This document shows, piece after piece, positions 60,710 to 64,000 of a stretch of DNA of 64,000 nt. The position numbers were made by a program, and so were the translations under genes. This stretch comes from Squalus acanthias (Eukaryota). The stretch is taken from assembly GCA_030390025.1 (NCBI GenBank), contig CM059431.1:130822001-130886000 (forward strand), read 5' to 3'. The notes under the pieces were generated by a model. That model searched no databases. It was not told the origin of the DNA and saw nothing but the letters and a program-made list of their open reading frames with translations. Position 1 is the stretch's first letter. Each line of letters starts with the position of its first letter.

Positions 60710-63062
60710 TTACGCGGTACTTTCCTCGTTCACGCGCACGTAACGTTCTCTCCACTCCCCTGTGTTCTCCTGCCTTGTGAGGCGTTTGCCTCTTTTGCAG
60801 TGTACGACCAATAGGTACACTACAATCACAACTTGACACACTACCAAAATGTGGGAGGCTATCCTGATCCATGACGGAACTTCAATATTAGTGAACAGAT
60901 CCCACCACGGTGGGATTACTATGTCCAATATCTCTGTCCCTATCTCTACAGTCTTTTGTTCCAGGGTGTAAAAATGTTTCTGTGATACCATGACGGCTTT
61001 TAAAATCTTGGTGAGGTGTTCAGGGAGAGGGGGAATAATGTATCCGAAATGCGCGACGAATCGCTGCAAGTCTGTGAAATTCTCTTTTACAGTGAGGTGA
61101 ACAGTGGATGGTTCAGGGATCAGGACAATTCGCTGTTGTGCCACTTGAACTTCAGCCCTGGGTTTAAAACAGAAACTGCTGTCACTCACCGGACACCGGC
61201 TGTGCTGTCCATTCTGGTAGTGTTGCGCTGCAGTGGTAACGCAATACTTTCCACCCCCTATGTATGCCACCTGTGGGGGCACATGATCTTGTGTCATTGC
61301 TTCCATGGTGCAATTCATGGGCTTCGCGCCAGCCGTTCTGAACCCGCATTGTGGTGTTAAAAAGGCATTCAAGTGCTGGGGACACAGTATGATGTGTGCT
61401 CCCCGGCTACGACAACCCGAGAGGTTGACAACCTGTCATCGTTTGCTCCCAGCGGATGACGTAAGGTGGGACCGCTGCGTAGCGAATGTGGGCTCCCCCC
61501 TGAATGACACCAATGTTCTCCACCCGGTACACCGGGGCGGGCTTTGCTGTGTCGCCCAACACCGGCATCCGTACTACTATCCCCATGATAGTATGGTTTG
61601 ACCGTCCGCAGTCCACTGGGACTGGGTATGCCTCTGAGGCTAGCCTGAGCTGGCACAGGCTTAATGCGTTCTGAAAAGGGTGGAGCGCCTGCAGGTGTTT
61701 GTTACTTATCCAGGACGGGACCAAACCTTGTTTTAAATCCTCCAAACTACTGCAGCCCTCGCCCAGTAACCACGCCCCGTATAGTACGCACACCTCGTTC
61801 TGCGCAGCTTGATCGGATGCATTCCGATCTTCCCTGATCAGGGCATTTACCGTTCTCGCATGCTTCTCCAGCTCTGCGATAATCTCTTTTAAGTGTAGTG
61901 TCATGGCCAGGTCCTCATGTAACTCAGACCCTACTACCTTGTTCTCGTTTGTGAGGATGCTTTTTAACTGTGTTTTTAAACCATTGATCTGGGTCTGCAG
62001 CTGCACATTGTCTCGAGCGTTGACCACAGATGTTCCCGTATTAAAAGCAGTGAACACATCGTTCACAACACCCCTTCTTTGTCTCCCCACCTGACCCAAA
62101 ACTTCGTGTGGTGTGGTGTATAAGCTTGTTTTGTCAACCTCTGCAAAATCAAACTCATAAAATTGCCTGAACATGTTTGTTAACAGGACCTGGTACAATT
62201 GTTCCGTTTCTTTGGGGCACCACTCTGGTAAATGCACCTCGGTGAGATTTAGAATCACCGAAGCCACCGCGTAATGTACCCCTTGATATAGTATCTGATC
62301 TGTTGGCACCAGTACCAGACCATTCCCGGGCCCCTTAGTGGTTTTAGGGCACCCTTCCTCCTGAGCCAAAACCGCCGGAATCGTGGGCGGAGACTTGCGT
62401 GGGCGCATGATGAGTTCAGTGGCGTTTACCGGGATCGGGGAGAATGGAGCTCCGCACCCCCTGGTGCTGACATCCCACCTCATCCCTTTCCCATCATCCT
62501 GCCACTGTCGTAGGAAAAATATGGATATACCCTTGGGGCAAACGTACTTCGATCCCCATATACAAACATATATTCCCTCATCCGGTTCCCACCATTTGTC
62601 CCAACAGACTTTCAATTGTCCGTTAGTCCCCGTAATTGTCCGATGGGTATTGTTATCCAATCGCTCCCACTTGACCGAGGAATTTCTCATAGTCTTGCTT
62701 AACTTCCATAACCACCACCATTGGCTCAATGGGACCTTCCCATTGCACGTCAAACAAATCCTTTTGCCGACGGTGACGCTGATTCTGGGTGCAATGATCC
62801 TCACCCTGGGACACAGTAAAGAAGTCTCTTTGTAGGCAAATCCGGATGCGCTGGAGTATTCCGTTGAATTCGTTCCCAGCCATCCCGGCCACCTTCCCTT
62901 GTGGAAATAAGTGGCGATTTCCTCAGCCTCTCGCTCCCCGGTCCCATCCGTCGTGATGGGGGCCGTGTCCCCGGAGCAACCGAACACAACGACATCCTTG
63001 GTGAGGCCCCGATAGGCCAATCCATATCCGATCGTTGCGAGCACCATCAGAATCCTTTCCAT
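60710..63062 (-). pseudogene. env: Envelope glycoprotein: signal peptide, Ig-like domain, F-like class I fusion protein and TM (783 aa after removing one extra base at 61430-61431)
   Basis: MERILMVLATIGYGLA signal; furin site RQRR|GVVNDVFTAFNTGTSVV; heptad repeat; Cys-rich VNLSGC..IILC..C..NC region; PPWWDLF; TM HILVVCQVVIVVYLLVV; tail with YVRV. Located directly upstream of the PPT/LTR. Confidence 0.88.
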
Positions 63063-63074
63063 CTTTCCTGGTTC

Positions 63075-63095
63075 CTGTGATCAGATAAAATGATG
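63075..63095 (-). promoter_or_regulatory. Putative env splice acceptor
   Basis: CATTTTATCTGATCACAG|GAACCAGGAAAG-ATG, 12 nt upstream of the env start codon. Confidence 0.5.
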
Positions 63096-63333
63096 TAGCC
63101 AGCCTCCCAAGAGTCTCTGGCTTTTGTGAAGGGTGAGCGGGTCCCTTGACCTCGTCTCACGTATAAAGACATGTATACTGGATAGACTTTAACTATTCCT
63201 ATCACTAACTCCCATCATTTTACCATTTACCTTTAAAATTAAACTACAAACTTACCAAACTTAAGAACACTATAAACTTAAAACTTATCCTAAACTTAAC
63301 TGTACAGCGCCGCCCGTTACCAGGGCGGCCTAC

Positions 63334-64000
63334 CTAAATTCTGCGAAGGCTGCCACGAGCTTTTCCCAGTGGCGGGGGGGCACTGACCCCTTCCTTTGAT
63401 CTGCCGCAGCCTGTCGTCGCTGCGCTGGGACTGGGATCTCCCTGGGCTGCCTTGAACTTACGCCTGGGGGTGTACGAGGGTTTTGGCCACAACTTCCTGG
63501 GCTGGGGTGTCCGACTTGACCTACGGAGGGCTACCTTGGGCAAGATTTCCAGGACCGACGGACCGGGAACCGAGACTTCCACCGTCACGGCCTGTGGTCC
63601 CACCACAGCCGCTGGCTCTGTCTCCCCTGGCTCCGCCCCCCTGGGCTCGGGATCTGCGGTTTCCGACTCCACCCTACTTGTCTCTACAGTAAGTGGATCT
63701 TCACTCACAATCCCTATCTCCCCTATGCTTGGGTCAAGGGCGGAACCTCCGTCCTCCGAACCCACCACCTCTTAGACCGGGTCACTACCTTGGTCGAGCT
63801 CTCCGAGCTCTTCCTCATCTGAATCCCAAGACCAAGAAAAGATCCTACACTTTTCCAGAATGTCCTCTCCCCTCACGCAGGCTGCTTTACCCTGCCTGTG
63901 TGCCCTGCGGTTCTACCCGGGGCTGAGAGTCCCCACTCGCAGGTTTGGCCCCTCCCCTATGACAGGCCACCGCCCCTGCTTGTGCCTTCTGTGAAATCTC
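63334..64000 (-). pseudogene. Possible low-complexity C-terminal tail of pol/integrase (or an accessory ORF), with stops
   Basis: An acidic/Pro-rich stretch followed by LRRSSRTPQP, resembling integrase C-terminal tails of LTR retrotransposons. Positioned upstream of env. In-frame TAA at 63774-63772. Confidence 0.4.

Overview
Repeat-dense vertebrate genomic DNA. It is inferred to be from a cartilaginous fish (shark), based on the HE1-type V-SINE, HER1/CR1 tails, Deu-domain SINE and Penelope/Harbinger repertoire. No host protein-coding gene could be recognised, so the window is probably a large intron or intergenic. It contains many CR1/L2/RTE LINE fragments (one near full-length CR1), a Penelope insertion arranged as a large palindrome with a 14-bp TSD and hammerhead ribozymes, and decayed PIF/Harbinger transposons with many 3-bp-TSD MITEs. 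It also has a ~3.2-kb C-rich minisatellite inside a MITE and two solo LTRs. The most notable feature is the 3' end of a minus-strand LTR provirus (58689 to window end). It comprises a 1.6-kb 3' LTR, a polypurine tract and an env gene that one 1-bp correction restores to 783 aa. That Env has a signal peptide, an immunoglobulin-like domain, and then a furin-cleaved, paramyxo/pneumovirus-F-like class I fusion protein with a TM anchor. This suggests a lokiretrovirus-like or env-bearing Gypsy element with an Ig-domain-fused fusogen. All family assignments come from motif recognition by eye; no database searches were run.
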